Positions 28,421 through 42,720 of a DNA stretch of 64,000 bases are shown one piece after another. The DNA is from the human T2T-CHM13v2.0 reference genome, Homo sapiens. Location of the stretch: assembly GCF_009914755.1 (NCBI RefSeq), contig NC_060934.1. The stretch is one strand, 5' to 3'. The position numbers and the translations under genes are program-made. The number at the start of each line of letters is the position of its first letter. Within the stretch, counting starts at the first letter, position 1. The notes under the pieces were generated by a model. The model worked only from the letters and a program-made list of their open reading frames with translations, was not told the DNA's origin and made no database searches.

Positions 28421-28689
28421 GAGATAGCGAGGGCAGGTGACCACTGTATCAACCAGTATCCGATTAGGGGCCAGGCAGGAAATGGAACAGGAGAATCATC
28501 TGGTTCAGCTCACCGTGCAAAGGAAAGTGTGAGCCTATCCTCCTCCTTTTTCAGGGCAGAAAGGATAAGGACTATGGTGACCAGCAGACTTCAGGCTCTT
28601 TAGGGATGGGGCAAGCCGCCAAGCACAAATGGGGATTGCTGTCTTCAGCCCAAGCTTGTTGGATCTTCTTAGAGTAGCTGAAGACCTGC

Positions 28690-28796
28690 ATTTTAAGTAT
28701 TGGCAACTAATTCAAGCCACTTTTATGTACTGCATAGACCAAACAAAACATATCTGAGGGCCTGATTTTGCCCATGTGTCACTATCTTGCAACACC

Positions 28797-28799
<3 letters not shown>
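28690..28799. mobile_element. hAT-Charlie (MER102-like) fragment
   Basis: 'ccaaacaaaacatatctgagggcctgattttgccc'. Confidence 0.5.

Positions 28800-28800
<1 letters not shown>

Positions 28801-28842
<42 letters not shown>
28801..28842. repeat. (GT)21 microsatellite
   Basis: Seen directly. Confidence 0.97.
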
Positions 28843-28844
<2 letters not shown>

Positions 28845-28949
28845 TATACATTTGGGGGAGGGACAGCACTTGAAATGTAGAGATTTGAATCCATCCTACC
28901 ACATTCATAGTACACTATTAGCATCGTTCTCTGCATGGCTCCCTTTTTT

Positions 28950-29515
28950 GTACTTTTTAATTACATTTTATTTATTTCCTTCTATCATCATTTCTACTCC
29001 CATCATGTGCCTGCCCTGCCATATGCAACCATTCCAGTTGACTGGGATCTTTTGTTTGTATGTGTCCTTGTAAAATGCATACTGTCATTTCGTATGCAAA
29101 TATTGTTAATTTACATAAACTGTGCTATTCTAGAAATCTCATTCAACTTTTTCCCTTTTTTTTGTGGCTAGGACTTTTTTCAAGTCATTTTATCTGGAGG
29201 GGTGTGTGTGTGTGTGTGTGTATGTGTACAGGGTATGCCTGGACTGTGTTTTACCTGCCCACTCTCCCCAGTTGCTTCCAGGTCCTACTATGAAAAACTT
29301 GTACCAGTCCTTTAGGAACCTGTCTAAGCATCTGTCTGGGGTATACCTCGAAATACAGGATTGCTGGGCCATAAGGTGCGTACTGTGCACAGCGCTGCCT
29401 TCCCATCTCACCAGCAGTGTAGGAAGGCGCCTATATTCCTATATCCCCACCAACACTTGGCATCATCCAGCTTTCTTCTTCTTTCCTGCCCAATGGAAAG
29501 TGATATTTCATTGCT
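28950..29515 (-). mobile_element. Old L1ME fragment with embedded (GT)n (~29202-29222)
   Basis: 'ggattgctgggccataagg', 'caccagcagtgtaggaagg...atccccaccaacacttggcat'. Confidence 0.65.
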
Positions 29516-30368
29516 CTAAGAATCCAAGGTGTACTTCCAGAATTAACATACTTTTTCTTGAGAACCTCAGAAGACTTCAAAAACTCTTTGTGTTCATCTT
29601 CAGACCTGAAAGGTAGGTGATTCTCTCCATTTTACTGGTGACTCATACACACCAAAAGGCAAGGCCCAAATCTTTCTTCCCAGTGGGTACTTTGAGACCT
29701 TACCTGTTAAATTCTATGACTTCCAACTCCTGGCAAGGAGGAAGGGTTGAGGACCGCCTTTCTTCTTGCTATATTCCTTCATGAATTCACCTCAGTTTTC
29801 TAATCATTGGAATATACTTCTTGAATGGAAATAAAAGACATGCTTGGTAGTATGGTGTTTTGTCAAGTCCCAAAATGAAAGTCACATAAACAGAAATCCC
29901 AAGCATAGTCTGTAGAGTGAATCTTCTCAAATGACTTTTTTAAAGAAAGAAAAAGTCACAGTCCTAATGTGAGCTGAAATACATTCTGGGCACAGAGAAG
30001 TGACTCTGTTTTCCTAAGAGAATAATAGGATTAGTCCGGAGTCTTGATTGACATTGCCTTGTCCTTAGAGGCGGTTATTTTCTTCCTTTTGAGTATGGCA
30101 TAATGTAATCCTCCAACACTTAGGTACTCAAAACATTTTCCCCTAAAGCAGCAGGAGTGATGATCATGAATGATAAGTAAATTTATCAGCATTAGTGTAC
30201 CAGAGGAACTTCCATCCCTCTGCAGGGAGACTTGCCTGAAGGCTGGAAGGCCATTGCCGAGGAATCAGCTGCAGCCTCTGCAGAGTGGCTGTTGGGGGTG
30301 TGGTGTGCTTTGTTTTCTCTTGTGACATGGCAAGAATATTATGTGTAATTTAATATTTGCTAAAATAT

Positions 30369-30418
30369 TATTTTGAGATGAAATACACTCTGTGCCGAGT
30401 GTATTTCATCTCAAAATA
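30369..30418. repeat. Perfect inverted repeat: 22-bp arms, 6-nt spacer
   Basis: TATTTTGAGATGAAATACACTC-tgtgcc-GAGTGTATTTCATCTCAAAATA. Confidence 0.97.
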
Positions 30419-32349
30419 TTGAAAATCCTTTTAATTGAATAAATTTACTGAAAAGCTTCATAGATTTAAATGGTCTTACAAGTCATTTACTAGAAAAGAT
30501 TGATTTCTTTAAGAGGACCCAGTTGTAACTTGCCTTGAGGATTGTACAAATTCTTTAGGGGAACTGGTGACTTTTTTTTAGTTGTTGTGCATGCGTGCAT
30601 GTGTGTGTGTGTGTGGTTTTTTTTTTGGCAGTCAGTTATTTTTTTAGTTGAAAATGATACTATTTATTCTATTTATCAGTGGGGAAAACTTGTTTAAACA
30701 CATTCAGAATGCTGCTCCTGTTTTTCTTGAATCTAATCCTTCTGTTTCCTTTGTTAATAAGGTTTAAATATAAACACAATCAAATTTGTTATATGTGAGC
30801 TGTTAAAGCCCTACAGTAATACAAAGTGACCAAAATAGCTCTTCCATAACTCATATTAGAAATGCAATGCTAGTTATTTATAAGACTGATAACACCTAAA
30901 GAGATCAAAAGAAGACTGAGGCAGAACACTGTTCACAATTAAAATGAATAAAATTGAATTTCATAATCCTAAACTGCAAGTTCCTCCAGACGGGGAGCGA
31001 GTCTCACTTTATAGACTCGGTTCCTGGGAATGAGTCTGGCACCCTGTAGGTAAATGTTGATTGACTTATTATTACGGAATCACAGTGGCCACAATAAGTA
31101 ACACCTGTTTCTTCCCAACCTGAGACACATAGGAATCAGACAACTGGAGACAAAAATGGTCAGTTTTATTGAAGATAAAACTAAATTAGAAGACATGGCT
31201 GCAGCATGCCTCTTAATCCTTCATCCTGAATTAGATGGGATTGACCCCTCAGTCATGGGCAGCTCTGACAACTAGCAGTCCCCCTGCACCTGTCCAAGCT
31301 CACTAAATGACCATGACCCAGACATCCCAGGATGCAAGCATCCTGTGCACAAGCTGCCTCCTTTCCCAAACCCACCAATCAGGTAAGCCACGCCCTTCCT
31401 GATGAGGAAGGGGCAGAGGGGCAGAGGGAAGGAGGAAGTGTCCCCAATGCTTTTACTTCTGGGAGCAGAATGGAAATTGTTGCCTGTCTCTGAAAACATA
31501 TAACCATGGAGTAAAATGTGGGCAATATTGTTTCAAAATTATATGTTGTATTATTCTATAAAGGGGTCCACTAGGGCTAACATTCTCAACTCTATTCTTG
31601 TAGTAATCAGAGTAAAACTTGACAAATATCCCTCCAGCTAACTTTAATATTCATTCCATTGCTTAGATCAATGTTTTAAATCTGCCTTCTGTTTAGATTA
31701 AACTATGTTGTTGTCAAAGGAATTACTTGAATACTTTTACTTACACGCTTGCATTCTCTTTCTCTTCTCCACCATGATTTTGTATGCCCTTTTGTAACCT
31801 GTTGCTGGGGCAACTTGGTAATTCTAAGCTTAGGCAAGTATTTAAATTGGGAAACTGTTCTTTAATGACCTTAATTGGCTGGAAAGAGAAATCCTTGTTA
31901 TAGTGTGCCTTCTATTCTGTTTGGGGTTTTAGAATTTCCGGATGTGTGACAAATATTAAACAAACGATCACTTTGATTTGGGGATTCGGGCTCAGATCAA
32001 AGGTACCAGCATCAAACACTTAGCGACAGGTGATGACACCAGACATGGCTCTGTAGTGTAGACGCAGGCAGGGCGTCCAGGGTGTTTGTGGAGTGGCTCC
32101 TCTGAGATTGCGATCAATGAGGAAGACCCTCAGTGTTGATACTCTGCAGGTGTCTTCCATGTGCCAGTCTTAGATTTCCACACAGTTCTTTTCATATTAT
32201 CCTGGCTTTGGGTTCAGATCAGGTTTGACTGTGCTCAAAACCAAATACTAGAATTGCAAAAAATACAGAGACTTCTTCTCAGTGTTTAAAAGGGCATTTT
32301 CTAAAAATCATCGAAGAATGTAAAACCCCAGACCACTGTATTTTATCAT

Positions 32350-32530
32350 CATGAAGTTTTAGGGCCGGGGGACACTGTAGAGATCAAATCTGACACCTCC
32401 ACCCAACCTACTTCTTCATTTTACAAACAGAGAAAATAGAAGCAAACACATTTACTAACTCGAACAAAATTACAAAGCTCATCAGTAAGTAGGTCAGAGG
32501 TACAAGTGGTTTTCTGGTTCTCCATCTATC
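32350..32530 (-). mobile_element. MIR/MIR3 fragment
   Basis: 'tagagatcaaatc...ttcattttaca...gagaaaa'. Confidence 0.55.
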
Positions 32531-33874
32531 TTTCTTAGTCTCTGCTTCTCAAATGTTGGAAACTTTCGGGATGAATACTCAAGACTTAAAAGAAGGTAGT
32601 GCAATTCTATCTAATATCTGTATTCTGTGTATCAGGCTAATTTGCTGGAGTATTAACGAAGGTCTGCAATCTGTTGTAGATGCCATGTTCTAGCCCAAAG
32701 CAAGACTGTCCCTTGGTTCACACAATTTGCCAGTGCTTGACAGCTTTCATTTCTCTTCTCAGTATATTTTATACTATGGTCACGGTATTAACAGTCCAAC
32801 TCTATTAGACAGATCACAGCTCTAATCTGGGAAATTCAGGTAAAAACTGATCCCTGAGTTTTTGCTTCCTTCCTTGAACAGACCGGGAGCATAAATCACT
32901 AAATTGGCCTCAATACTTTAGGATTTGATTTGGCAGTTGTTTGGAGGGTTCTGGGGATTCTGGTGGAAAGACAGGAAACATTTTGGCATCAACTTTCAAA
33001 GTGTGAAAGAGTCAAAGGCAAGGGTGAGGGGAAGGAGCGGGGAGGGACCCTGCTGAGGACAGGACCACAGCACCCCTTCCAGGCACACAGGCCGCAGGGA
33101 ATTGGGGAACGCAAGCCCAGATCGTGCCCCAAATAGAGAGCGCAGGGGCAGAGGACTGAAAAACACCTCCCAGGGCACCTATCTTTGGAATTTTTGTCTA
33201 GAAAGGCATGGGGCAGTCTTAACGGGGCCTTCCTTGTTTCTGAAAGAGCCATCAGCAATTCACATGACATCTAAGAACTGGACACCTGGGGAAACCACAG
33301 ACCCAGTTCAGGGAAATAGAGGGCAGGAAAGGCCAAAGATGCTGACAAGAAACTCCTGACAACCCCAGAGGGGAAAAAGGAGAAAAAAAAAACCACCCAG
33401 GAAGGCAGACTTTGCCAGGTGGCACCACTTCAGTTTAATTAGACAAAGGCTTGGGGGTGGGGTGTGGCCTGAAAGCAGAGACACCTAGGGAGTGAAAGCG
33501 AAGTGGGGGTCAGGGGCAAAGGTGGCGTCAACAAGCCACCTGGGACCCCTGATGGAACACTCCCCCCAGGATATGTAAGGGGCGGGTCAAGGAGGCTTCC
33601 AGAAACCAGAGCACAGAGATGGTGGCGCCAGAGGGGGCAGCCTGCTGTAGTCCAGAGATGTCACAAGAACTAGGAAAAACCCATGACACTGACAGTTAAC
33701 CAAGAGCATGTCCTCACCTGGGTAAAACAAGGGATGAAGTCAAATTAGGAAGGGCAACAGAAAGGAGAGGAGCCTAACCTAAAAGGTCTTTTAAAACAAA
33801 AAAAAAAACTTTTGCTATCATTTACTAATGATATGATTTTTTGAAAGCCAAATGGGATTTTTCTTGTCTCCCCA

Positions 33875-34600
<726 letters not shown>

Positions 34601-35299
34601 CTGCCTTTCCTAGAAGGAAGTCATACCTCAAAGGGATATGTCTCCCCTATATAACAAAAGGTCCTCATTAGAGTAGCATTAAGCTTGTTCATTTCTTTAC
34701 AAGTTATGTTGATGTTGTGGTTTCTCCCCCAAAAAGATTTACGATATATTTTAATCACAACCAGATCGTTAAAATAATTATTAAACACCCAGTTATATAC
34801 TGACCACTGAATTTGATGCTAAGATTCCAGGCAAAGAAAATATCTGGTAAAAAAACACAAATTCTAGAACTGTTCAACTCACACAGAAAAATCTAAAAAG
34901 AAATTCCTGGACTAAATTCCACAGGGAATTTATCACTTTAAAAAACATGATGGGCAGCACCTTGCACTGTGGTTCCCCAGCAGAGGCAGCATCAGTCTTC
35001 ATGGAAAGCCTGGCTCGAAGGGATTCTGTGCTGGGCTGGATGGGTGACCCCCGGGGTTCTGGATGCCAGAAGTTCCAGTGAGAAAGCTGACAGTTTTGAA
35101 AATGGAGGAACCTGACTCCTGTTCTTGACCAGATGGTGAACCACTCACCTTTGCAGGGCAGTGGTTTACTTGAAGCTCTATACATATTATTTTCCAAATA
35201 CAGAACTAAATTATATACAGAAAGAATGGCTAAAGCCTAAAACCGGATAATAACTAGACAAACAGTCCTGAAATTGATCAAAAGATGTATCTTTAATTC

Positions 35300-36390
35300 T
35301 AAAAATGGCACATGCATACGAAAAACTAAAACAGACCATAGAGGTTTATGAAAAGTTAATCTGTCTCCTATGCAAAAACCTAGTCCTATTCTTCAGAAAT
35401 AATCACTATTGGTCTTATGTATTCTTCCAGGAATGTTCCAGCAAACACATCAATATATCCACATATTTTAATATGTAAATTGCTGAAATGCTCTCCACAT
35501 AGTTTTCTTTGACTTTTCTTTCCCCCTTAACAATGTATCTTGGGTATTTTGGCACATCAGCAATACAGATCTCATGCTTTTTACTTGCTGCATAGTATTC
35601 AATTGGATACCAAAAACCGTTTGACTAGTTGCTTATTTCCAATTTTTTATTATCAACAATGCTGCAAGTGTATGTTTGTATACATGTCCCAAATATTTGT
35701 AGGACAAATTCCTAGAATAAAATTGCTGGGTCAAAAGTATGCACTTAAAATATTAGTAACATTGTAAAATTGCCCTCCAAAGAGCTTGTCTCAATTTACA
35801 TTCCAAACAATGTATTAAAAATGCCCACGTCCCTATCTCCAGGCAAAGCTGTGTATTAACATGATTGATGGGTGAAATGTGGCATCTTCTTTGTTTTTTC
35901 TAATTTGCAAATATTTGCAAGGTTATTTGGCTTCTTCTTTTGCCTTTTTGTCTTTTGAATATTTTCCTAAGGGTTTGTCTCTTTATTAGTACATGAAGGC
36001 TTTTGATATAATGGAAAAATTAGACCTTGTCTGTCATATGTGTTGTAATCTTTTCCCCATTTTGTCATTTGCCTTTGTCTTTGTTTATAGTTTTTTTTGT
36101 TGTTCAAACATTTAAAAAACTTTATATTGTCAACTATATCAATATTTTTCTCTACAGAATTTAGGTTTTATGATGTGAATGGACAGGTCTTCTCTATTCT
36201 GAGATTATTAAGAAACAAAACAACAAAAAATCCAACATTTTATTTGGTACTTGTCATTTTTATGTTTAAATTTTTAATCCATATTGAATCTCTTTTGCTG
36301 GAATGACTGAGGTATGGATATGAATTTATATTTTTTCCAGATAGCATTTAGTTGCCTCAAGATTTTTTATTGATACATCTTTCCCCATGA
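35300..36390 (-). mobile_element. Old L1ME fragments
   Basis: 'aaattcctagaa...aattgctgggtcaaa', 'aaattgccctccaaa...aatttacattcc', 'tttttaatccat...ttttttccaga'. Confidence 0.72.
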
Positions 36391-37194
36391 TTCAATGTTT
36401 GTTTTTGATGGTAAGTGTATTTTATCTTATGAAGGTAATTGTTCTCAATTAAAAAAAGGCTAAATCAGCCATCATTAGGTTTTGGGTATGAAAAATTTTC
36501 GGCTAGTATTATTCAATTTAGAAGCTACTGAAAACGTCCTCTTACATACAATTCTCAATCCATTCAGCAATCTGGTACTTATTTTTCTCCAAAGAATTCA
36601 TGTGTTATAAACGTTGATGCAGATTTCTTAAATAAAATTTACTTCATGTTTCATTTCTAAATTATATGACTGCAATTCCAAGTGAAGAATGGTAGTGAGT
36701 TTTCTGCAATACAGAAAAGGATCACAACAGTCCATTTACATTATTACTTAAATTATTAAAGAATTGTCCCTGTAGTAAAGATAATTCAGCATTCTTTCAA
36801 TCTTGCTTAGAAACATCTCCCATATTTCACCTACATTTTTTTTTCCAAAATTAAACCCATGGGTTAACTAAGAGAGTCATGAAAAAAATTCATGTGAGCT
36901 CATCATTAGTTCTTCATGCTACAGGGTGCATCTAGATTACCTCATCGTCTAAGATCAGCATTGGTGAGATGATATGAAGTTTCATCCTCACAGAACATAA
37001 CACTCAAGTTCTGTGAGTTGCTGCTGCTATGATTAACTCAAGTACTTAATTGGTCACTTTAACTTGAACAGGCCTTAAAAGATTCAAAATTGCTCCTCAA
37101 AAAAAATGGGCTGGGGGGAAGCATGAACTTCATGAGCACTTGGTAGACATCATTAATCATGGCACGTTTTTGCACATCTTATTCAACTCTGTAC

Positions 37195-37310
37195 CAGCAG
37201 TGTTTTAAAATAGTGTTTTGCACATAGCAGATGTTCAATATATATTTGTTGAGTAGAAGGAAGGAAGGATGTATGTATGGATGGTGGATTGGATTGATGG
37301 ATGAATGAGA
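37195..37310 (+). mobile_element. L2 3' terminus
   Basis: 'gcacatagcagatgttcaatatatatttgttgag...gatggatgaatga'. Confidence 0.7.
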
Positions 37311-40300
37311 GCCCAAATGAAATCTCATCAATTTCCAGAACACAGCAGCAACTGTTGATCAATCCATTAACACTCAAAATGACATTTACTTTGCATGCTG
37401 CACTGAGGTTTTATTCTGGGCTCATTCTTGCAGACTGTTCAATGAAAGACATGTATATTAAATAAAGGACTTCGGGTGGAAAAGCCTATCTTGCTTAATG
37501 TTCTCATCAAAATAATATATTTATTTTTGGATCATGATATAATTAAGAAAACTATTTTTATGTCTAGAGTTTCTATAAGACTCCTAAACAAAAGTGGATC
37601 AATGTACACCCTGTTTCAATTAGGGACCACTCAAGGTTTCTTTCTTTCTCATTAATTACAAATGTAAGTCAAACTAGAATGGAAACTCCTCCCTTTATCA
37701 AGGACAATGGGAAGTGTTTTATAATAACCATGGTTGCAATATTTTAAAGTACAGATAATTAAAATCTCAGCATGCTGCCATCCAAATCACATACAACAAA
37801 AAAGTAAAACCTTCTTACACTGTGTTTCAAAGAATCAGCCTCTAAGCTCTTCCCTCCACTCCTTTCCCTAAGACGCATTACTGAGGACCTAGAATGTGAC
37901 ATGTGACCTATAAGCAGTAGGGAAGCATTAGTAAGCAGATATTTTGTTCTGCTCAGAATGTGTACAAATGAACAAGTAAACAAATATCTGCAGGAGGATA
38001 TGACAAGTCCTCAGTAAAATGAAGGAAGGAATGAATGAAGAAGTTGATGGAGGATACTCATCAAATTTTGGTAGACTGCCTATGATTTGAGATGAACATT
38101 TATTTTTGCTTTTTCCCAGTTCACTCTGCAATGTTTTCTGTAGCAATCATTTGTCCTCTAGTGCCAACTCCCACTGCCTGTTAAAAACCCCTATTTTTAA
38201 TCACTTCAAAGGGGGTTCCTTTATAGGATAACATCGTTTACAATACATTTTCATATAGATCTTGATAAAAATAATTTGATCACTTATACAACAAATACTT
38301 ATTGAGTACCAACAATATTACAGGCACTATGCTAAGTGTCCATCTTGGGGTCACAATGACTAGAGGCTCAAGGAATTCTTAGTCTATTTTTTAAAAAATA
38401 ACTATTAGACCCAGAAGCAAGGAAAAAAAAAAGCACAAGGGAGTTTGCTGGAGGTCAACAAAGATCAGATGCAAGTTTGATGGAATGGAATAAGCAGGAT
38501 TGGAAGCAATGCCAGATTTAAAACATTTATCCATAAGATGGCCCATCCCACAAAAGATTTGAGGAATTTACAAAAATGCATACAAATTAAAATGACGAAA
38601 TAAATGAGTCAGGACAAAGGGAAATATGAGTGTGAAGATAATAAAGGTAGGAGTATATTCACCATTTAGAGATGCACACTGAAATTCATTTAGTTACTAG
38701 GGAATGCCAAACACAAAACTGAAGAGTAACAAGTGAGGCCCATTTAATGCATCAATTTGCCAATAAGTAAGAACTAAGTGTAAAGACAACTGAAAGGCAT
38801 TTATAAAATGATTGGCCGGTCTGTGGGAATCAAGAGAGAGGAATAATTAGTGGATAATAACAAATATTATGGAGACCGTAACACAGCTGAAAGAGTAAAG
38901 ACAAGATGAAAGGTTGAAATAATATGCTAGTATCCTAATAACAGTGATATATACGGAACAGCTCATCAGAAATTAAGGCCTGGTTCGCTGCTGTGGTCTT
39001 TTTATGGCTTTTAACAAAGGGATGTGCTCTGGGAGCTTGAGGGACACCCACGAGTGGCATCGCTCTGCTATTGTGAGACCAGTAACGAAAACTAAAAAAG
39101 TAGACTGTTTTTAATTCCAAGGGGGTCTGGTTTGGGCATCAAAACACCAGAGCTGAAAGCAGTTAGGGAAGCCACTGCTAAAGAGTGAATACTAGGATTG
39201 GGAACTGTAATTGGCCAGACATCCCCCCTAGTCTGGCGGGAACCACATTTTGTCCCATGTATACACCATCCTGGTCCATTCTCACAGGAGGCATCATGAC
39301 AGGCTATAGCATATCAAGTGGTGTAACCCTGGACAACACGTCTGCCAGGGGTGAGTGAGGCTCCTTAGAATCAGTTAGGGCTGAGAGATGGATAGGTCTA
39401 AGAATCCAGGTGTCTATATGCAGCTGACTAAGGAAACCTCAATTTTTGATCTTCCAGAAGGTCCCTTGCTTTGGGAGACGTGCGCATGATGTTAACCTCC
39501 TCTTGACCCTCCACCAAGTCAGAGGAGAGAAATACATAGCCTCAGCCTCCAATGGGATTAAAGGACCTTTCAATACCTAGGATTCTGTAGCCCAATCACT
39601 GCACCGAACTTAGTATTTCCAAGACTACAAATGAAACCTGGTGCTCCCCTCAAATACTTGCCTCCAAGGATGACCCCAGGACACCCAAGTCATCCCCTAA
39701 TCACAGCCTTCCTCTTTGGCTTGCTTCACAAAACAGAATGCTTGTTGTGATTCCCACATGACTGCTGCAGTTACTCTGTGATACCTTGTCCCATTTAATG
39801 AAGAGCTCTTAGAAGCACAATTCTAATTGGCATTAATTCCAATATTTTAATGTAAAATCTGCTCACTTAAAGTTAGGATGACACCTTAATGCCATCTCAA
39901 TATAGCAACTTGCCCAGAATAAGAAGAGAGCTTCATTTTTGGAAAGACTTACTGCTAGATTTCAGACATTTTAAAAAATTAAAATACATGGATTGTCTTC
40001 ATCGCAAACTCCTCCTGAATATTTCATGTGTTTTGTGCTTTATTTGCTGTGCATATCTTCACAGTGTGCGTATTATTCAAATACTCCCTAACAGATGGTC
40101 TCAAGTGCTACATATTATATAGCATTAAATGAATAGCTTGGTAAACAAATGAGTCAAGGATTAAAATATTTTACAGCTTATAATTCATGAAAGATGTTCA
40201 ATAACAGTACATTAGTGAAAAAATCTTCAATGTAAACATAAAAACATTAAATGCAACTACTGGATCAGTCAACTGGTCATGACAAATGAATTATTTCTTT

Positions 40301-41015
40301 AAAAGAGGTGTTTGTCCTGTATGGTCTCTTATAACCTAAATTAATCTGAGGTTGACAACCAGTTTCCCAGTGAACCAGGCCTACCGTTTCCCTTCTCCAC
40401 CCAACTCCCAGTTTTCTCTGCCATTTTCCCCCTTGCCTGCAAAACTAGGAAAGGAGATGAAACTCATAAACCAACTTGTTACTGTTTAGATTATCGGTAG
40501 CAAAATTTTGATGAAAGAGGTTGAAACTATAGGTTCAAATTGAGGATTCCGAATTAGCTATGGTTTTAATTATCGGTGCTCTCTAGTTTCCTAATACTAA
40601 GTTTGTACCACAGGCTAACCTAATGTTTAGCACTGAAGTTTTCATTGAGGGTTTGTATGATTAAAACAAGCAACAAATAAACACAAAAACAAATCAAACG
40701 CAACAATTTCTGCCTTGTTTAGATACCTTTGAAGTCATTTCATAGTGTCAGTGTTTCAGACATTAGTCCACTGAGGAATAAAAACCAATAAAATACTCTC
40801 CCTTTTGGATGTTTTCTTTCACCCCACCCTTATTTTAAATTACGTTATTTAACTGAATGCATAATGATCTTTTTCTAATCATTTAGGGTTTCTAATATTT
40901 GATGCAAGACCTAACAAGACTTTCCAATTTCATTCTAGATCTCCCTAGAAACAAAACCTCAACCCCGTTTTGACTGTGAAAAGAACATAAGCTTTTTAAT
41001 AAACAAGTTATTTGA

Positions 41016-41271
41016 TGGGAGGCTGACGCAGGTGGATCACTTGAGTTCAAGACCAGCCTGGCCAACATGGTTACACCCTGCCTCTACTAAAAATACAAAA
41101 ATTAGCCGTGCATGGTGGCACAGGCCTGTAATCCCACCTATTCAGGAGGCTGAGGGAAGAGAATTGTTTGAACCCAGGAGGTGTAGGCTGCAGCAAGCTG
41201 AGATCGCGCCATCGCACTCCAGCCTTGGCGACAGAGTGAAACTTCATCTCAAAAAAAAAAAAAAAAAAAAA
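41016..41271 (+). mobile_element. AluS, 5'-truncated, short internal deletion
   Basis: Starts at 'tgggaggctga'; 'cacttgag|ttcaagacc' lacks the usual 'gtcaggag'; ~21-nt A tail. Confidence 0.92.
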
Positions 41272-41871
41272 CTAGAAAGTATGCATTAAATAAAACCTCT
41301 CACCTAAAGTCACAAGTGGGCTTCATTTGTTATCTTAAGGCCCATTACACAATTTCAGGCATACATTGAAAACTATTCTCTCACACTCCCTGTGTGGCTG
41401 CATTCTTGATTTCCTTTTCTACACTAGTATCTTTTACGTTATTTACGGCCTCTGTGAGGTTGAGAAAGATGCCCTCCTTAACCAAACTTTGAATAGTCAA
41501 GTCAGACCAATTGGAAGACTATTTTGGCACTTTTACATTAAGGCCCATTGTGTATTTTTTTCTTCTCAATCACAGTACCAAATCTTATTGCACAAACAAA
41601 ACATATATCAATAATCAACAATATTTATCATGTATCTACTCTGCATAGGGCATTGTACTTATCTTATGAACATTCTACGTATATGAAGTTTCATCATACA
41701 TGAGGTTTTTCTTTAAAATATATTCATCAAAAAACTTTTTAAAAATCAGTTTATAAACAAATTGGCAAGGAAAGTTACATTAAGCCAAAAAAAAAAAAAA
41801 AAACCCTAAACAGTATTCTCTCCAAACTACATTAAACTATGGGGGGAAAAGAGTGGACAGGGTCCCTATCT

Positions 41872-42057
41872 CAATGGTTCTCAAATCTGAATATGCATTC
41901 GATCCACCTGGGAGAGCTTGTGAAAATGACTTTTTGGGTCCTACCCTCAGCGTTTCTGATTCAGTAGGTCTGGGTAGGGCCTGAGAATTTGTATTCTAAC
42001 AAGTTTCCAGGTGACGTCGACATTGCTGCCCTGGGGATGACACTGTGAGCACCAGTG
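41872..42057. mobile_element. MER5A hAT-Charlie MITE
   Basis: 'caatggttctcaaa...tttctgattcagtaggtctggg.agggcctgagaattt...aacaagtttccaggtga...gagcaccagtg'. Confidence 0.88.
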
Positions 42058-42494
42058 TCAGGGCTGGGATCAAAAAGCATGAGTGAATTTTAAATAGCCG
42101 ATGTAAAGATTAAACTATGAAATCAGTGGCCATTATATTTTAATTGAAATATGTATTTAATGCCCTAAAAGTCACATGGAAATCTATTCACTTTCTATTA
42201 CTGAAAATTGTCATACAATAGCTGTGATTTGACCTTAGCACAACAGACGTGCAGTGATCTTTGGGACACCAGTAATTTTTATACAATTTTTACCAAAAAG
42301 ACAAGATCATCATAAGTAAGATATTGAAAAGTCAAAACTACCACAAAAGAGTATGTGACAGATCCCAGGATAACACTTGAAAACGCTTTAAACATTAGAA
42401 GCAGTGACCCTCAGACTGGACCTCTGGTTACCTGCACTGTTCTCTGAAAAGTCACTGTAGTCAGGCTCAGAGACAAGTATACTGGAGAAAGTCT

Positions 42495-42720
42495 TTTTTA
42501 AATTACATTTTTAAAAATTGTGGTAATAACATTTAGCATGAGATCTACCCTCTTGACAAATTTTTAAGTGTCTAATATGGTATTGTTAACTACAGGCATA
42601 ATGCTGTTCCGCAGATCTCTAGAATTTACTCATGGTGCTAAGTGAAATTTTATAACCATTGAGTAGTTACTCTCTATTTCCTCCCTCAACACCACCCCCC
42701 ATCATCCCTGAAGTCCTGGG
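42495..42720 (-). mobile_element. L1MA/MB 3' end fragment
   Basis: 'aacatttagcatgagatctaccctcttgacaaatttttaagtgt...gcagatctctagaatttactcat'. Confidence 0.8.
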
